A DNA stretch of 64,000 bases. Source: Camelus ferus (Eukaryota). Positions 1-13,366 of the stretch are shown piece after piece. The DNA is taken from assembly GCF_009834535.1 (NCBI RefSeq), contig NC_045696.1, forward strand, positions 77,564,001-77,628,000. The letters run 5' to 3'. The translations under genes and the position numbers were made by a program. Every line of letters begins with the position of its first letter. Positions within the stretch are counted from its first letter, which is position 1. A model generated the notes under the pieces. That model was given only the letters and a program-made list of their open reading frames with translations. It was not told where the DNA came from and searched no databases.

Positions 1-1220
1 TCTCTTCTCCTCCTGAGCTCTCTGATCATCTTCACAATCATTACTCTTCCTTGGGTAGATTGTTTATTCCATCACCACTTATTTCTTCTTCTGCAATTTT
101 ATCTTGTGACTTTGCCTAGAACATGTTCCTCTACCGCCTCATTTGGTCTAAGTTTTTATTTGTATTTTTGTGTAGGGTAGTTATTTTCTCGACCTTGGAG
201 GAGGGCCCTCTGTAGGAGGTACCCTAAGCGTTCCGGCAGTGCCCTCCCCTCCCATCACCCAGGAGCCTGTGGCAGCTGGTCCCAGGGTAGATTCTGACCT
301 GTGTTTATGGACTTGGTTTTGCAGTTTGTGAGATCAAAGTTTTCTAGCTTCTAATGTCTGCCCCTTGGTGGGTGAGACAGGTCCTGGAGGCTGATGTAGG
401 CTTCCGGGTCGGGGAGGCTGGAACCTGCCCACTGCTGGGTGGAGCTGGTTCTTTCTGGTGGGCCGGGCTGTGTGTAGCGGCAGCTGTGGGGTCAGCCTTA
501 GGCTGTGTCTGCTGATGGGTGGGGATATGTCCCCATCTAGTTAGTTGTCTGGCCTGAGGCATCCCAGTTCTGGAGCCTAAAGGCTGTTGCATGGGGCCAA
601 GTCTTGGTGCTAATGTCCAAGAAAGATGTCAGCCTTCAGGAAGGAGAGTTCATTCAGATGAACATCCCTGACTGTCTGCCACTGTCTGCCACTATGTCTA
701 TGCCCCCAGGGTGACCACAGCCACCACATACTCGCCCAGGAGACCCCCAAGCACATCAGGTAGGTCCAGCCCAGGCTTCTGTGAAATTACTGCTTTTGTT
801 CTTGGTCCCAGTGAGCGTGGGATTTTCTGTGCGACCGTTAAGCATATAGTCTTTGATTCCTCCAGTAATCGAGGCCCACTGGCCTTCAGAGCCAACATTC
901 TGGGGACTCCTTTTCCGGGTGCCAGACCCCCAGACTGAGGAGTCTGATGTGGTACTCGAAACTCTCACTCCCATGGGAAAACCTCTGCCATGTAATTATT
1001 CCCCAGTGTGTGGGTCGCCCACCTGGAGGGTGTGGGACCTGATTATACTACGAGTTGGCCCCTCCTGTCAGTCATCTTGTGGTTTCTTCGTTTTTAGCCA
1101 CAGAAGATGCTTTCTGGTAGTTTCCAGTCTTTTTATTGCTAGTTATTCTGCAGTTAGTCATGGTTTTGGTTTGTCTGTGAGAGGAGGTGAGCTCCAGCTC
1201 CTACTCTGCCATCTTGGTCA
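1..1220 (-). mobile_element. L1 5' UTR and start of ORF1 region (element continues off the left edge)
   Basis: gaggaggtgagctc...ctactctgccatcttgg at 1181-1217 is the reverse complement of the L1 5' start CCAAGATGGCAGAGTAG. The GC-rich UTR resembles 38.3-39.7 and 42.1-43.4 kb. Confidence 0.85.
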
Positions 1221-1659
1221 CCCTCTGCTTTGTTTTTACTTTCTAGAACATTTAAAACTTGGTGCTTTAAATTTTTACAGCATGTTTATGGTGACAAATC
1301 AGTAGGACCTTACAATGATTGTGCTCTCATTTTACCAAATTATCCTCCATTATTTTTTGTTAGTCTTCTCCCTCCATTTTTTCTGTTTTTTTTTTTATTA
1401 CAAACTCTCGATATTTTTATTGAATTAAATTTTAACATAAATTTATCAGTTTTAAGTATACATTTTGAGGTTTGACAGATCTATTCAGTTACATAACCAC
1501 ACCCACAATCAAGATATAAAACATGTCCATCACCTCAAAAGTTGTCCTTTGCCCATTTTGCAATAAATGCCTTACCCTGCATCCTAGCATACCCTAATCC
1601 GGTTCTGCCACTATAAATTTGCCTTTTCTAGGAGTTCATGTAAATGCAGTATTACATGA

Positions 1660-2158
1660 TGTAATTGCCAAGCGGTTCCCAAGCAGCAGCACAGTGGTAG
1701 AAGTTGCTAGATTGGCTTGCCAGAGACCCATAAATTTGGCTGGTAAGTGGACAATACTCCAGTTGGATTTTGAGAGTTTATTACACACAGCACAACAGAC
1801 AGCATAAGCTTCATGTTGTCACCCATTTACCTTGCCCCCTCAAGTTCCATGGTGGGTGGTGCAAGGTGGGCCCAGGAGATTGCTGCACATTAGTGGATCT
1901 GTTAACAGCTAAGGACCCCTGAGTTAGGATACCTCTGGTCTTTTTAATAAGTTGTCATCAATCTACCCACCCTTTGCCCCAACAGGGAGACAATGTCATT
2001 ATTATACTGGTTAGGAAACAGATCTGTCCTTTCACCTTGAGAAAGACACTATCTCTTGCTCCCAAGGAGCTTGAATAACAAACATTCTTGAAAAGAGGGT
2101 CTTCAACAAAAGCTATCACAAAATGTGTAGAAATGCCATGGAGAATTTTCTCCCAACA
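1660..2158 (-). mobile_element. Solo ERVL LTR (LTR40-like)
   Basis: TG...CA bounded insert. Minus strand starts TGTTGGGAGAAAATTCTCCATGG...TTTTCAAGAATGTTTG...AGAGATAGTGTC. Confidence 0.65.
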
Positions 2159-2579
2159 CTAGACTTCTGAATATGACTTATTTCATTTAGCATAATGCTC
2201 TTAAGAGCTCTCCAGGTTATTGTGTATATCAGAATATTTGCTTCTTTTTATTCTTGGGAAGTAACCCATTGTGTGGATATACCACAATGTGTTGTATCAT
2301 TTCAACAGTTCATGAATATTTGAGTCATCTCTGGTTTATAAAGAAATCTGTTAGGAGTCACATGGTGTATATATTTAATTTATAAGAGATTGTGAAATTG
2401 TTTCCCAGAGTGGCTGTACCATTCTCTTGCCAGCAGTAATGTATGAGCTTCAGCAGCTTCATATTGTTATGAAAATTTGGTATTATCATTCTTTGTGCAG
2501 AGGTAACTTATTACAGCTTTTTTGGACTTATTTTGCCAACTCTTCTTTGGTGAGATATCTGCTCAAAATTTTGCCCATT

Positions 2580-3870
2580 CTGTTTCAGATTCCTTTCCAT
2601 TATAGGTTATTACAAGATATTGAATATAGTTCCCTGTGCTATAGAGTAGGTTCTTACTGTTTATCTGTTTTATGGGTAGTAGGTAGTATCTGCAAATCCT
2701 GAACTCTCAATGTATCCCTACCCTCACTTTCCCATTTGATAACCACAAGATTGTTTTCTATGTCTGTGAGTCTGTTTCTGTTTTGTAAATAAGTTCTCCT
2801 GTGTCTTTTTTTAGATACCACATATAAGTGATAACGTATGATATTTGTTTTTCTCTGTCTGACTTACTTCACTTAGTATGATACTCTCTAGCTCCATCCA
2901 TGTTGCCACAAATGGCATTATTTCATTCTTTTTATGTCTGAGTAATAGTCCATTGTGTATATATTGCACTACTTCTTTATCCAGTCCTCTGTTGATGGAC
3001 ATTTAGGTTGCTTTCATGTCTTGGCTATTGTAAATAGTGCTGCTATGAACATTGGGGTGCATGTATCTTTTTGAATTAGAGTTTTGTTTTTTCTGGATAT
3101 ATGCCCAGGAGTGGAATTGCTGGATCATATGGTAACTCTAGTTTTTTTAAGGAACCTACATACTGTTTTCCATAGTGGCTGCACCAACTTACATTCTCAC
3201 CAACAGTGTGGGAGTATTTCCTTTTCTCCACACCCTCTCCGGCATTTGTTATTTGTAGACTTTTTGATGGCCATTCTGACCAGTGTGAGGTGATATCTCA
3301 TTGTAGTTTTGATTTGCATTTCTCTAATAATTAGTGATGTTGAGCATCTTTTCATATGTCTGTTAGCCATCTGTATGTTTTCTTTGGAGAAACATCTGTT
3401 TAGGTCCTCTGCCCATTTTTTGTTGGGTTTTTTGATTTTATGATTTTAAGTTGTATGAGCTGTTTTTATATATTGGAAATTAATCCCTTGTCAGTCATAT
3501 CCTTTTCAAATATTTTCTGCCATTCTGTAAGTTGTCTTTCATTTTGTTTATGGTTTCTTTCACTGTGCAAAAGCTTGTAAGTTTAATGAGGTCCCATTTG
3601 TTTATTTTTGCTTTTGTTTCTTTTATTCTAGAAGATGGATCGAAAAAAATATATATTGCTGTGATTTATGTCAAAGAGTGTTCTATGTTTTCCTCTAGAA
3701 GTTTTATAGTATCCGGCCTTACATTAAGGTCTTTAATCCATTTTGAGTTTATTTTCGTATATGATGTTAGAGAATGTTCTAATTTCATTCTTTTACATGT
3801 AGCTGTTCGATTTTCCCAACACCATTTATTGAAGAGACTGTCTTTTCTCCACTTTGTGTTCTTGCCTCCT
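2580..3870 (-). mobile_element. 5'-truncated cetartiodactyl L1 (end of ORF2 plus 3' UTR)
   Basis: ORF2 C-terminal peptide KKNEIMPFVATWMELESIILSEVSQ (2811-3002). Confidence 0.9.
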
Positions 3871-4861
3871 TGCCCACGGTTTTTAATTGTTGGTTGTTTT
3901 TGTTTTTATTATTGAGGTACAAGAGTTCTTTATATATTCTAAATAAGTTCCTTTATTATATATGCTTCACAAATAATTTTTCTCAATTACTTTGCTCCCG
4001 AATGGCTTGCTTCCTCTTTTTCTTAAAAATTCCATTTAAAGAGCAAAATTTTTAAATACTGGTAAGTTCAATGTATTTTAATTTATGGTTTTGTTCTTTC
4101 TTATCAAATAAATCATTGCTTAATTTATGGTCACAAAGACTTTCTCATGTTTTCTTAAAGTTTTATAGTTACTACCCTGATATTTGAGTCTATAATATAT
4201 TTCAAGTCAATTTTTTATATATTCTGTGAGATATGTGTCAAGGTTCATTTTTGTTGATCTATCTATATAGTTATTTCTGGTCTGTTAATATAGTGAACTA
4301 CATTGACTTTTATGTTAAAACATTTTGTATTCCTAAAATAATCCCCAGTTAATATGGATGTCCTATTTTAAAATATCACTCTAATCTGCTAAACTTTTTA
4401 AAAGAATTTTAAACCTGTATGCATTATGCAGTTTTCCTTTTTGTAATTATTTTACCGTTTTGATTATCAAGACAGTGCTGGCCTCATAGAGTAAGTAGGA
4501 AAGTATTTCTTCCTCTGCAGTTTCTGAAAGAGTGTGTCTAAAATTTGTATTATTTTTCTTAAATAGTTTTTAGAATTCACAAGTGAATCAATGTCACCTT
4601 GGTGTTTGCTTTGTGAAATATTTAAACAAAAATCAAATTAATTTTAAGGTTATTTAGTTTACTTACTTTTTCTTGAAGAAAGTGTGGTATTTTATATCTT
4701 GCAGAGAATATGAATAAAGAAATAAAGATTATGATTCAGCTGTTGTTCAGTGGAATGTTCCATAAATGTCAATTAGATCAAGTTGGTACATACATTCTTT
4801 AAGATTGTTACATCCTCTTGATTCAAATTTTAGATTACAAATTTATCACTTTGAAATGTTT

Positions 4862-7372
4862 GCTTTTATTATTGAAGTATAGTTGATTTACAATATTATA
4901 CTTGTTTAGCTGTACAGCAGTAGTAATTCAGTATTTTTATAGACTTGTAGTTCATTTAAAGTTATTACAAAATAATGGCTATAATGTCCTCTGCTGTACA
5001 ATCATTGTTGCTTATCTATTTTATACATAGTAGTTTACATCTATTAATCCCATACCCCTATTTTGCCCCTCCCCTCTTCTCTTTACCCACTGGTGACCAC
5101 TAGTTTGTTTTCCATATCTCAAGTCTATTTCTGTTTTGTTGTATACATTCATTTGTTTTATTTTTTAAATTCAACATGTAAGTGATAACACTGGATTGGT
5201 ATTTGTCTTTCTGTGACTTATTTCATTAAGCATAATACTCTAGGTCCATCTACATTGTTGTAATTGGCAGAATTTTGTTGTTTTCTTTAAGGCTGAATAA
5301 TATTCCATTGTGTGTGTGTGTGTAGATCCACATCTTTATCCTTTATCTGTTGATGGACACTTGAGTTGCTTCCATATCACAGCTTTTGTAAATAATGCTG
5401 CTGTGAACATTGGGGTGCATGTAACTTCTCGAATTAGTATTTATTTTCTACAGATATATACCCAGCAGTGAAATTGCTGGATTATATTATAGTTCCACTT
5501 TTAGATTTTTAAGGAAACTGCATACTGTTTTCCACAGTGGCTGCACCAATCTTCATTTCCATCAACAGTGCAAAGGGTTCCCTTTTCTCTACATCCTCAC
5601 CAACATTTTTATTTGTATACTTTTTGGTGATAGCCATTCTGACAGGTGTGAAGTGATAACCTTGCTGTTTTTGATTTTCATTTCTTTAATAGTTAGCCAT
5701 GCTGAGCATCTTTTCATATGTCTGTTAGCTATCTGTATATCTTTTGTGGAAAATTGTTCAGGAGACCTGAATACAGGTCTTCTGCCCATTTATTCTTATT
5801 GGGTTATTAGGTTTTTTTGATATTGAGTTGTATGAGCTGTTTATATATTTTGAATATTAACCTGTTATCAGTCATATCACTTGCAAATATTTTCTCCCAT
5901 TCAGTAGGTTGTCTTTTGCTGATGGTTTTCGTTGCTGAGGAGAATCTTTTAAGTTTAATTAGGTCCTGTTTGTTCATTTTTGCTCTTGTTTCCTTTGCGT
6001 TAGGAGACAGATACCCCCCAAAATATTACTATAATTTATATTAACATGTTCTACCTCTGTTCTTCTAAGAGTTATGGTTTCAGGTCTTATATTTAGGTAC
6101 TTAATCCATTTTGAGTTTATTTTTGTATGTGTTAGGAGGAAATGTTCTTACCTCATTTTTTTACATGTAGCTGTCCAGTTTTCCAGCCTCACTTATTGAA
6201 GAGACTGTCTTTTCTCTATTGTATATTCTTGCCTCCTTTGTTGTAGATTAATTGGCCATAGGTGCCTGGGTTTGCTTCTTGTCCATCTATCCTGTTCCAT
6301 TGGTCTATATGTCTCTTTTGGTGCTAGTATCATACTGCTTTGATTACTGCAGCTTGTAGTATAGTCTGAAGTCAGGGAGCATAATACTTCAGCTCCATTC
6401 TTTTTCCTAAAGATTGCTTTAGCAATTTAAGATCTTTTGTAATTTTATATAAATTTTAGTATTATTTATTCTAGTTCTGTGAAAGATACGGGTATTTTGA
6501 GAGAGACTGCATTAAATCTGTAGATTGCTGTGATTAGTATGAACATTTTAACCATATTAGTTCTTCTAATCCAAGAGCATAGAATATCTTTCCGTTTCCT
6601 TCTAACATCTTCAGTTTCCTTCACCAGTGTTTTACAGTTTTCAGCATATAGGTCTTTTTCTTCCTTGGTTAAGTTTATTCTTAGGTATTTTATTCTTTTT
6701 GATGCTATTTTAAATGGGGTTTTTTTTTGTTATTGTTTTTTTCTTATGGTTAATTTATTAGTGTATGGAAAAGCAACAGATATCTATATATTAATTTTGT
6801 ATCCTGCAACTTTACTGAATTCATATATTAGCTCTAATAGTTTTTTGGTGGAGACTTTAGAGTTTTCTATATACAGTATCACGCCATCTTCAGATAGTGC
6901 CAGTTTTACTTCTCCTCCAATTTGGATTCTTTTCTTTTTCTCTTTTTTTCTTACCTTCTTTCCTTCCTTTCTTCCTTCCTTCCCTCCTTCCTTCTTTCTT
7001 TTCTTTCTTTCTTCTTTCATATATTTTTTGTCTGATTGTTGTGGCTAGGACTTACAATACTGTGTTAAATAGAATTGTCGAAGAGTGAACATCCTTGTCT
7101 TCTTCTTGTTTTTAGAGGAAAGGCTTTCTGTTTTTCACCACTGAGTATGATGTGACCTGTGGGTTTATCATAAGTGACCTTTATTATGCTGAGATATGTT
7201 CCCTCCCTACCAACTTTGATGAGTTTTTATTATGAATGGACATTAAATTTTGTCAAATGCTTTTTCAACATCTATTCAGATGATCATGTGTTTTTTTATC
7301 CTTTTTGTTAATGCAATATGTCACAGTGATTATTTGCAAATGTAAAACATTCTTGCATCCCTGGAATAAATT
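4862..7372 (-). mobile_element. 5'-truncated L1 (RT domain to 3' end)
   Basis: ttattgaagtatagttgatttacaat 3' end; RT peptide ILYIENSKVSTKKLLELIYEFSKVAGYKINI. Confidence 0.9.
6926..7018 (+). repeat. (CTTT/CCTT)n polypyrimidine microsatellite inside L1 ORF2
   Basis: About 90 nt of almost pure C/T. Confidence 0.9.
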
Positions 7373-7374
7373 TT

Positions 7375-8310
7375 AATTTCATTGATTTCTTTTCTTCAGT
7401 ATACAATTTACTGTTAATCCTTTGAGTTTATGTGGAAATTTTTTATTTCTCCACACTTCTAGAAGTTTTATCTAGGTCTTTTTTATAACTTCCATTTCTT
7501 TCCTCATAAATTTTATATTTCCCTTAATATTTTGAGCATAGGGAGACTATTATAATAACTTTTTCATACTGTTAGCTATTAATTCCATAACTTCTGTTAT
7601 TTCTAATTTCTTTCAATTAGTTGGTTTTTACTCCTAATTATATGTCATTCATATTTTCTTGTTCCTATGCAATTACTTATTGGATGCCTCACATTGTATG
7701 TAGCTTTATATTTTGAGGTATTACATTTTCTTGTATTTCTAATGTGTTGTATGTTGTTCAAGTGTGTAGTTAAATTAGTAAGTAATAGTTTAATCCTGTA
7801 AAGGTTTGGTTTTAGCTTGATTTGGAAGTGTCTAGAGCAGCCTTTGACCTGGGATTAATTTTTCTTGTTACCAGGAAAGTCTCCTTTTGAGTAGTCTTGC
7901 CCATGCCCCTGGATGTTACAGCTTTTCCACCTGTCCCAGCCCAGAGCTTGTTCAGCCTCCTGTTTTCTGGTTGTTCTTTAGTAGCTTCCTGGGATTCCAT
8001 CCAATACATATGATATCAGTATTCAGGTCAAGGTTCCTGTCTCCAGATATTTAAAACTCCTCTGTCCAATATCCTCCTCCCGATCACCCTCCTCGTTGTA
8101 TTGCATCATGGAAAGTGCCTTCGGCAGTAAGCGGGGGCAGTTAAGGGCTCACCTTATTTGTTTCCCTTCCCTCAGGCACTTCATCCCTGGGTTTCTTTTT
8201 GTCTAAATGTCCAGAAACATTGTTTCCTATAGTTTCTCCTGTTTTTCAGTTCTTTGTAGTGGGAGGGTAATGTCCAAAACTGTTAATTCTTTATGAATTC
8301 AAGCACTGGT
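7375..8310 (-). mobile_element. Highly decayed old L1M (ORF1/5' region)
   Basis: T-rich sequence with old-L1-like motifs (tttttatttc..ctagaagttttatctaggtcttttt; gggctcaccttatttgtttcccttc). Confidence 0.5.
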
Positions 8311-8819
8311 TGATTTATATTTTGTTGAACTTCCTGGATTGATATTCTTTGTTTTTTAGTTCTCTGCCATATTTTTTCCTGGGAAAATGTATTTTTTTCC
8401 TGGGAAAATGGCTTCTTATGTTCATTTCATGGCCTGTTTTATTTTTATAACCATATTTTATTTGTAAGAACTTCTGTTCTTTCTGGTTATCTTAATTATA
8501 TTGTGAAAATAATTTATCATACATATTAACTAACAATTTGGGGAGATTCTCTTTTCCTTGGATTATCTCTTTTTCCTTAGGCATTTGTTGATTTTGATTC
8601 TTCAGTTCTGTTTTAGGCTTTTTTCAGCTATGTGGTGATTCTTTGTTCCTCTACATCTAAAAATGAGGGGATGAAGATTTGCATGTGAGCTTTTTTTCTT
8701 TTGTGCTATAAGGCAGGTTTGAATAATATTTTACAAGTAAGGTTTGAAATGACTTTACAAGATTTATTTTGGAGATTAAAGGTGTGTATCATATGGGAAT
8801 TGGTGGCTGGAAGGTTGTC

Positions 8820-9050
8820 TTATTGAAAGAATGAAAGAAGTCACACAGGTGTTGCAACATGAGAAAGCATGGTGTGAATGGGAAAATTCAGGACATTCAA
8901 TGTGGCTGGAGTTTAAGACATGAGAGGGAGACGAGGCCAGCATGGAGGAAGAGGTGGGAGTGAGAGTCCACCAGGAAAGATCTTGGGTATTATCCTAAGA
9001 CATTAGGGCTTTATGCTGAATATGATGGAAAACCACCATGACTTCTATAT
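8820..9050 (-). mobile_element. L2 fragment
   Basis: caatgtggctggag...gggctttatgctgaatatgatggaaaacca, typical of L2. Confidence 0.6.
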
Positions 9051-9704
9051 TGTGAAGGAAATCTGTTCAGTCTGTACCATATGTAAGTAAGTCACTTTAA
9101 GTATTTATAATGTCAAATGGCATCTAAACTAATAAGCATTCTGGAGGTTGATCTTCCCACAAAAACCACAGTATCAAATGGTAATTTTTGCTGAAGTTGA
9201 GAAAAAAAAAAAAGACTTCAAAGCAGAGAAGTATGGGAATGCCCTGTCTCTTCTCTCCTGTGGGACCCCACACACAGCTCCCCTCTTCGGTAATGCTGTT
9301 CTTCTTCTTTTCCCCCGAAGGACTTCTATTCACTCTCCAGACTCAACTTAAGCACTTTCCCTTGAGAAACCTTTCTTAAAGCATCTACAAGATTTAATTA
9401 TTTTTACTCTCTGCTCTCTTACCACCTTATTTAGGCCTCTAAGACTTAAGGCTTTGCTACTGCTATGTGTTTGCATGTCTTCTACTCTCGTAGCTCTGCC
9501 TTACAGCTAGTCATTTTGTTATCAAGTGTAGGAAAATCACACTCCAGTCATTTCGGATTACAGTAGATGATGTGATTAAGTGACACCCATAGACTAAGGG
9601 GAGAGAAATCAAGGGATCTTGATACACGTGTGTGAGTGAGTTAGGTATGCTCACTCATTCAAAGAAGAATTGAGAGCCATTTGGAGATTAAAGTAGCCGT
9701 GATC

Positions 9705-10155
9705 TGTGTGGACTCGGTCCCATGCCCACCCACCTACCTCCTCCCCTGTAATGCCAGGGCTGGAAGCAGAAATTCACATTTCAGAGCCTCTCATGTAGCC
9801 CTGTTCCCATTTGATCTGCCAAGGACAGGCACTTAAAGAGAGTAAAAGTCAAAAAAGTTGGAAGATTGTTTTTCCGGCTTCCAGTAGGGGAGGTAGGGGA
9901 AGTACAGGATCCCAGACTTCTGATCAACACTGTGGTGGGTCCACCAGCAGCAGTAACAAAGTTCCCGGGAGTGTGAGTAGAATGTTGGCTCCTGGGCCAT
10001 CTCAGGTTTCCTCCTTCGTGCGTTTCTAGCTCTAAGGTCAGTAGCAGTTTCCTGCAGTTACCTGATCTGAGAAATAGTACCTAAAATTTACCTTTTTGTT
10101 ATAGTAGTCATTTTCCTGTTTGAATATTCCCTTCACTTGAAATCCTTATAATGTC
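9705..10155 (+). mobile_element. Ancient ERVL solo LTR (LTR16/LTR33-like)
   Basis: gctggaagcagaaattcacatttcagagcctc and gtagcagtttcctgcagttac motifs. Confidence 0.5.
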
Positions 10156-10184
10156 TAGTGCAGTGCAGGGAAGGGGAAGTGCTG

Positions 10185-10380
10185 GGTAGGATGGTGGCAG
10201 TAGAGCTGGAGAAATGTGTAAGTCTGGGCTATATTTTGCAGCAGAACCAACACAACTTGCTGATAGACTGGATGTAGGAAGTGAGAGAAATAAAAGGATC
10301 AAAGATGATTCCTGTTTTTTAGTTAGAGATGCCCGCGTATTTACTAACATGAGGAAGACTTGAAGAGGACAAATTGGGCA
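10185..10380 (-). mobile_element. L2 fragment
   Basis: gtggcagtagagctggaga..tatattttgcagcagaaccaacacaacttgctgatagactggatgt..atcaaagatgattcc. Confidence 0.8.
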
Positions 10381-10524
10381 GTGAGACAGGTATGTAGCCT
10401 GAACATATGGTGCCTTTAAGCTGTCCCTGCCCTGTCAATATCCTTGCAACAAACGACACTCTCCATGAGTCCCTCTGAATCGAATATTGCCATTAGTTAA
10501 ACTGAAGTGTAATATTTTGTTCGG

Positions 10525-10642
10525 CTGTGAAATGCTAGAAGGTGAAGCTGTGCTCATCATCTTTGTGTATCTAGCACTTAATACAGTGCCTGGCCTAGAA
10601 CAGACTCTTTGTAATCATTTGCTGAATGAATAGATGAGTGAA
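10525..10642 (+). mobile_element. L2 3' end
   Basis: tgtatctagcacttaatacagtgcctggc..atttgctgaatgaatagatgagtgaa. Confidence 0.8.
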
Positions 10643-10954
10643 ATCTACCGTATCATGCAAATAGAGATCCTTTTGGGTGATAAAGAACTGACAATTTTTA
10701 GAGCAAATTCAAGGAAACAAAACTCCTCCGCAGTATAGCTGATAGAAATGCTGTTACTTGGTGTTAGAACTTGGCACAAACTGCAAAGCAAAATGGTCCA
10801 ATATAAGAACTGTATACATGAGAAAAAAATGGAAGGCAAAGGAGAGAAGGATGATAAAGTCGTGCAGAATGTTCCCTCAACAAGGCTTCCTCCTGTTTTG
10901 TTGTCATACACATTACATAAAGATAATTCATTAACAATACATACAGATAACTAA

Positions 10955-10960
10955 TTTATT
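10955..10960 (-). terminator. NAALADL2: Candidate distal poly(A) signal
   Basis: Minus strand ataTGTAaAATAAAttagttatctgtatgtattgttaatg...tttatgtaatgtgtatg: UGUA, hexamer and GU-rich downstream sequence, at the edge of the repeat-free block. Confidence 0.55.
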
Positions 10961-13335
10961 TTACATATTTAAAATATGTATCTTATAACAAAACACAGTA
11001 TGGCAATGATTTTCACCTGTATTTAATATATTTTAAATGAGCATTTTAAATATTACCATTTCACGGTACATACTCATTGTATTTGTGAATCAGAAAATAG
11101 TTCTTAAAAGAAACCTTCATTTCATAGTACTAGGTTTTCAATTATGTGCAAATATTTAAGCAACCAAAATATAAAATATTCATTTATATTCTTAATGGAT
11201 GTAGTCCAATCCATTTTTTTGGTCACACCAGATCACAACATACTTTCCTAAGTAAGCTGCATATTGAGTCTTGTGAATAATACATAAAAAGTTGTAAAAT
11301 AAATTGAAATCACAATTGGGCTGAATATAGAAAGCGCTAGATTCCTGATGGGCATCCAAACGTTACAGAAATTAGACATTCAACACTTTATAGTAATTAA
11401 GAAACTACAGACACATGCCTCTAAATCAGTCATTCAGAATCATTCACAGCAAATGAGTCATTCAAAATCAATCATAACAAGTTCACTGACAAAGAATTTC
11501 TATACAATGAAAATATTTCCAAATCACAGATAATAATCTAATTACTTTGAACAATATTCAACACTAATAACAGTTCAGTGCAATTTAGTAATGAGGACAC
11601 CCCTTGAGAGAGATTTGTTTTTTAATCAAAGCAAATTTAATTGGAGAGATTGTGTTCCAAATTTGGTCCCAAGTTAACTAATAAATCTTCTGCTCATCAC
11701 CATTCTTTATTTTAGGGCTAGAATTTTTATTACACAACTGAGAAATTTTATTCATTGTAAAATTTCATGTATCTAATAAATATTGTCATACTGCTGACAC
11801 AGCTTAAAAAAAATCCATGGTGTATCTCACCATTCCAAACACATGTGAAATTCTTATCAATGATGTGCCGATTTTTCTAGGTGTCTATAAAAGTAAATTA
11901 GCTCTTCAGAATGTCTTAGAAAGCTTTTTCTTTTCTGAATACAATTCTATTCATATTCTCCATGTAGCAAGTTTGAATGTGGAGGATGTATTTGCCATTA
12001 AACCTTTCTGTGTGAAATGTAAATACAAAATCACCTAGTAGAGTCCTAGCTCAGCTTCTAAATGGAATTACTTGAAACATCTTTGGACTTTAATTATGTG
12101 AGCTCCACTTAACCATCTGCGCATTTGATTCCTGGAGACAACTTGCGATAGTGTAGTAAAATGTTGTTTCTCACTAAACAGATACAGCAAACTTGTCTTT
12201 ATAGAGTAATAGCATTTTTTTCTGACTTTCAGACTAAGGTGGTCCATTTGCAGCAGCTTAATATAAAGGTAAACAAATTATTAATATTAATAAAACGTTA
12301 TCACATATACTGAAGGCATGATTCAAAAATGGCTAAGAATTTCAAAAGATAAAACATACTCCAAGGAATGTCCACCTGCATCGTTAATATATTTCATAAA
12401 GATTCTTTGAAGAAATTGCAGTTATACTTACTGAGCAGGCCAGATAATTAAATAATTATACATTTTGATTGAAAAATATATGGAGTTCATTAAAATAGAG
12501 ACTCCAACTCCAGTTCTCTAGCTAGGCTTCTGTTCAGATGCCAAGTTTGTACTTTAATTAGAACAAAAGACCGCCATTAACTTCAGTACAACATGATAAT
12601 TCATACTAATGATTGTGTATTAATCTCTTGAGCTTGCTGGCATATAGCGCACGACATATGGCATAGTGCAGGCACCTGTGTGGTCCTTTTGGGACTGAGG
12701 TGGTACATACTAATTAGCCCCTGGAAAATAAAACCTGCTTCCTTCTGAGAAAAGCTACCCCAGTGCTTATTGGCTTAAGACATCAAAGGCATTGGACGGA
12801 ATACTGTTAGGCTCTGTCTACACTCAAACGGATGCTTTGTCTAGATGTAGGCGTTGAATCAACTGCAATTAACTGAGTTAATTCTTGACAGACCCTGCTC
12901 GAGAAATTAGAGTAGCCAGGCTTTTCTTTGGCCTCAATGATTGGATTTTGGCTAAAAAATCCAAATTATCATTTTGATTACAGAAAATGGCGTAACTATG
13001 TAATTCAAATACAAAATAATCTAACCAGGGCCCATGAAAATTTGCAGGAGCGTCTTTTTCTTGAATGCTGCCTGAAAATGCTTCAGTTTAACCGTTTGCT
13101 TTCCAAGTTCAGGTACAATCTGAATATGAGAGCATAAATGTCTTTAAGAAATACACCATCTCAAGATCAGCAAGGTCTCAAGATTCTTGGTGGTCCCAGG
13201 AATGCTAATGGCATTTCAGTGTATATCTTTGAAGGATAATAGAAAGGTATTATGGAAATGAAATGATTAACATTTGGCTGATTAACAGATAAATGTATAT
13301 GGAGATGAACAGAACTTAAAATTATTTTCTGAGAG

Positions 13336-13366
<31 letters not shown>

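Larger units (their letters stand above)
1410..4800 (-). mobile_element. Old L1M (L1MD/ME-like) 3' and ORF2 remnant, interrupted by an LTR and a younger L1
   Basis: Degenerate L1M 3' motifs (caatcaagatataaaacatgtccatcacctcaaaa; tgtggatataccacaatgtgtt). The element resumes after each insert. Confidence 0.7.

Noticed and set aside
344..1305. Several overlapping ORFs up to 150 aa
   Set aside because: They lie in a GC-rich L1 5' UTR; there is no recognisable protein or splice structure.
6530..7088. 172-aa hydrophobic ORF and a Lys/Glu-rich ORF on the opposite strand
   Set aside because: Antisense L1 ORF2 plus the CT microsatellite explain both.
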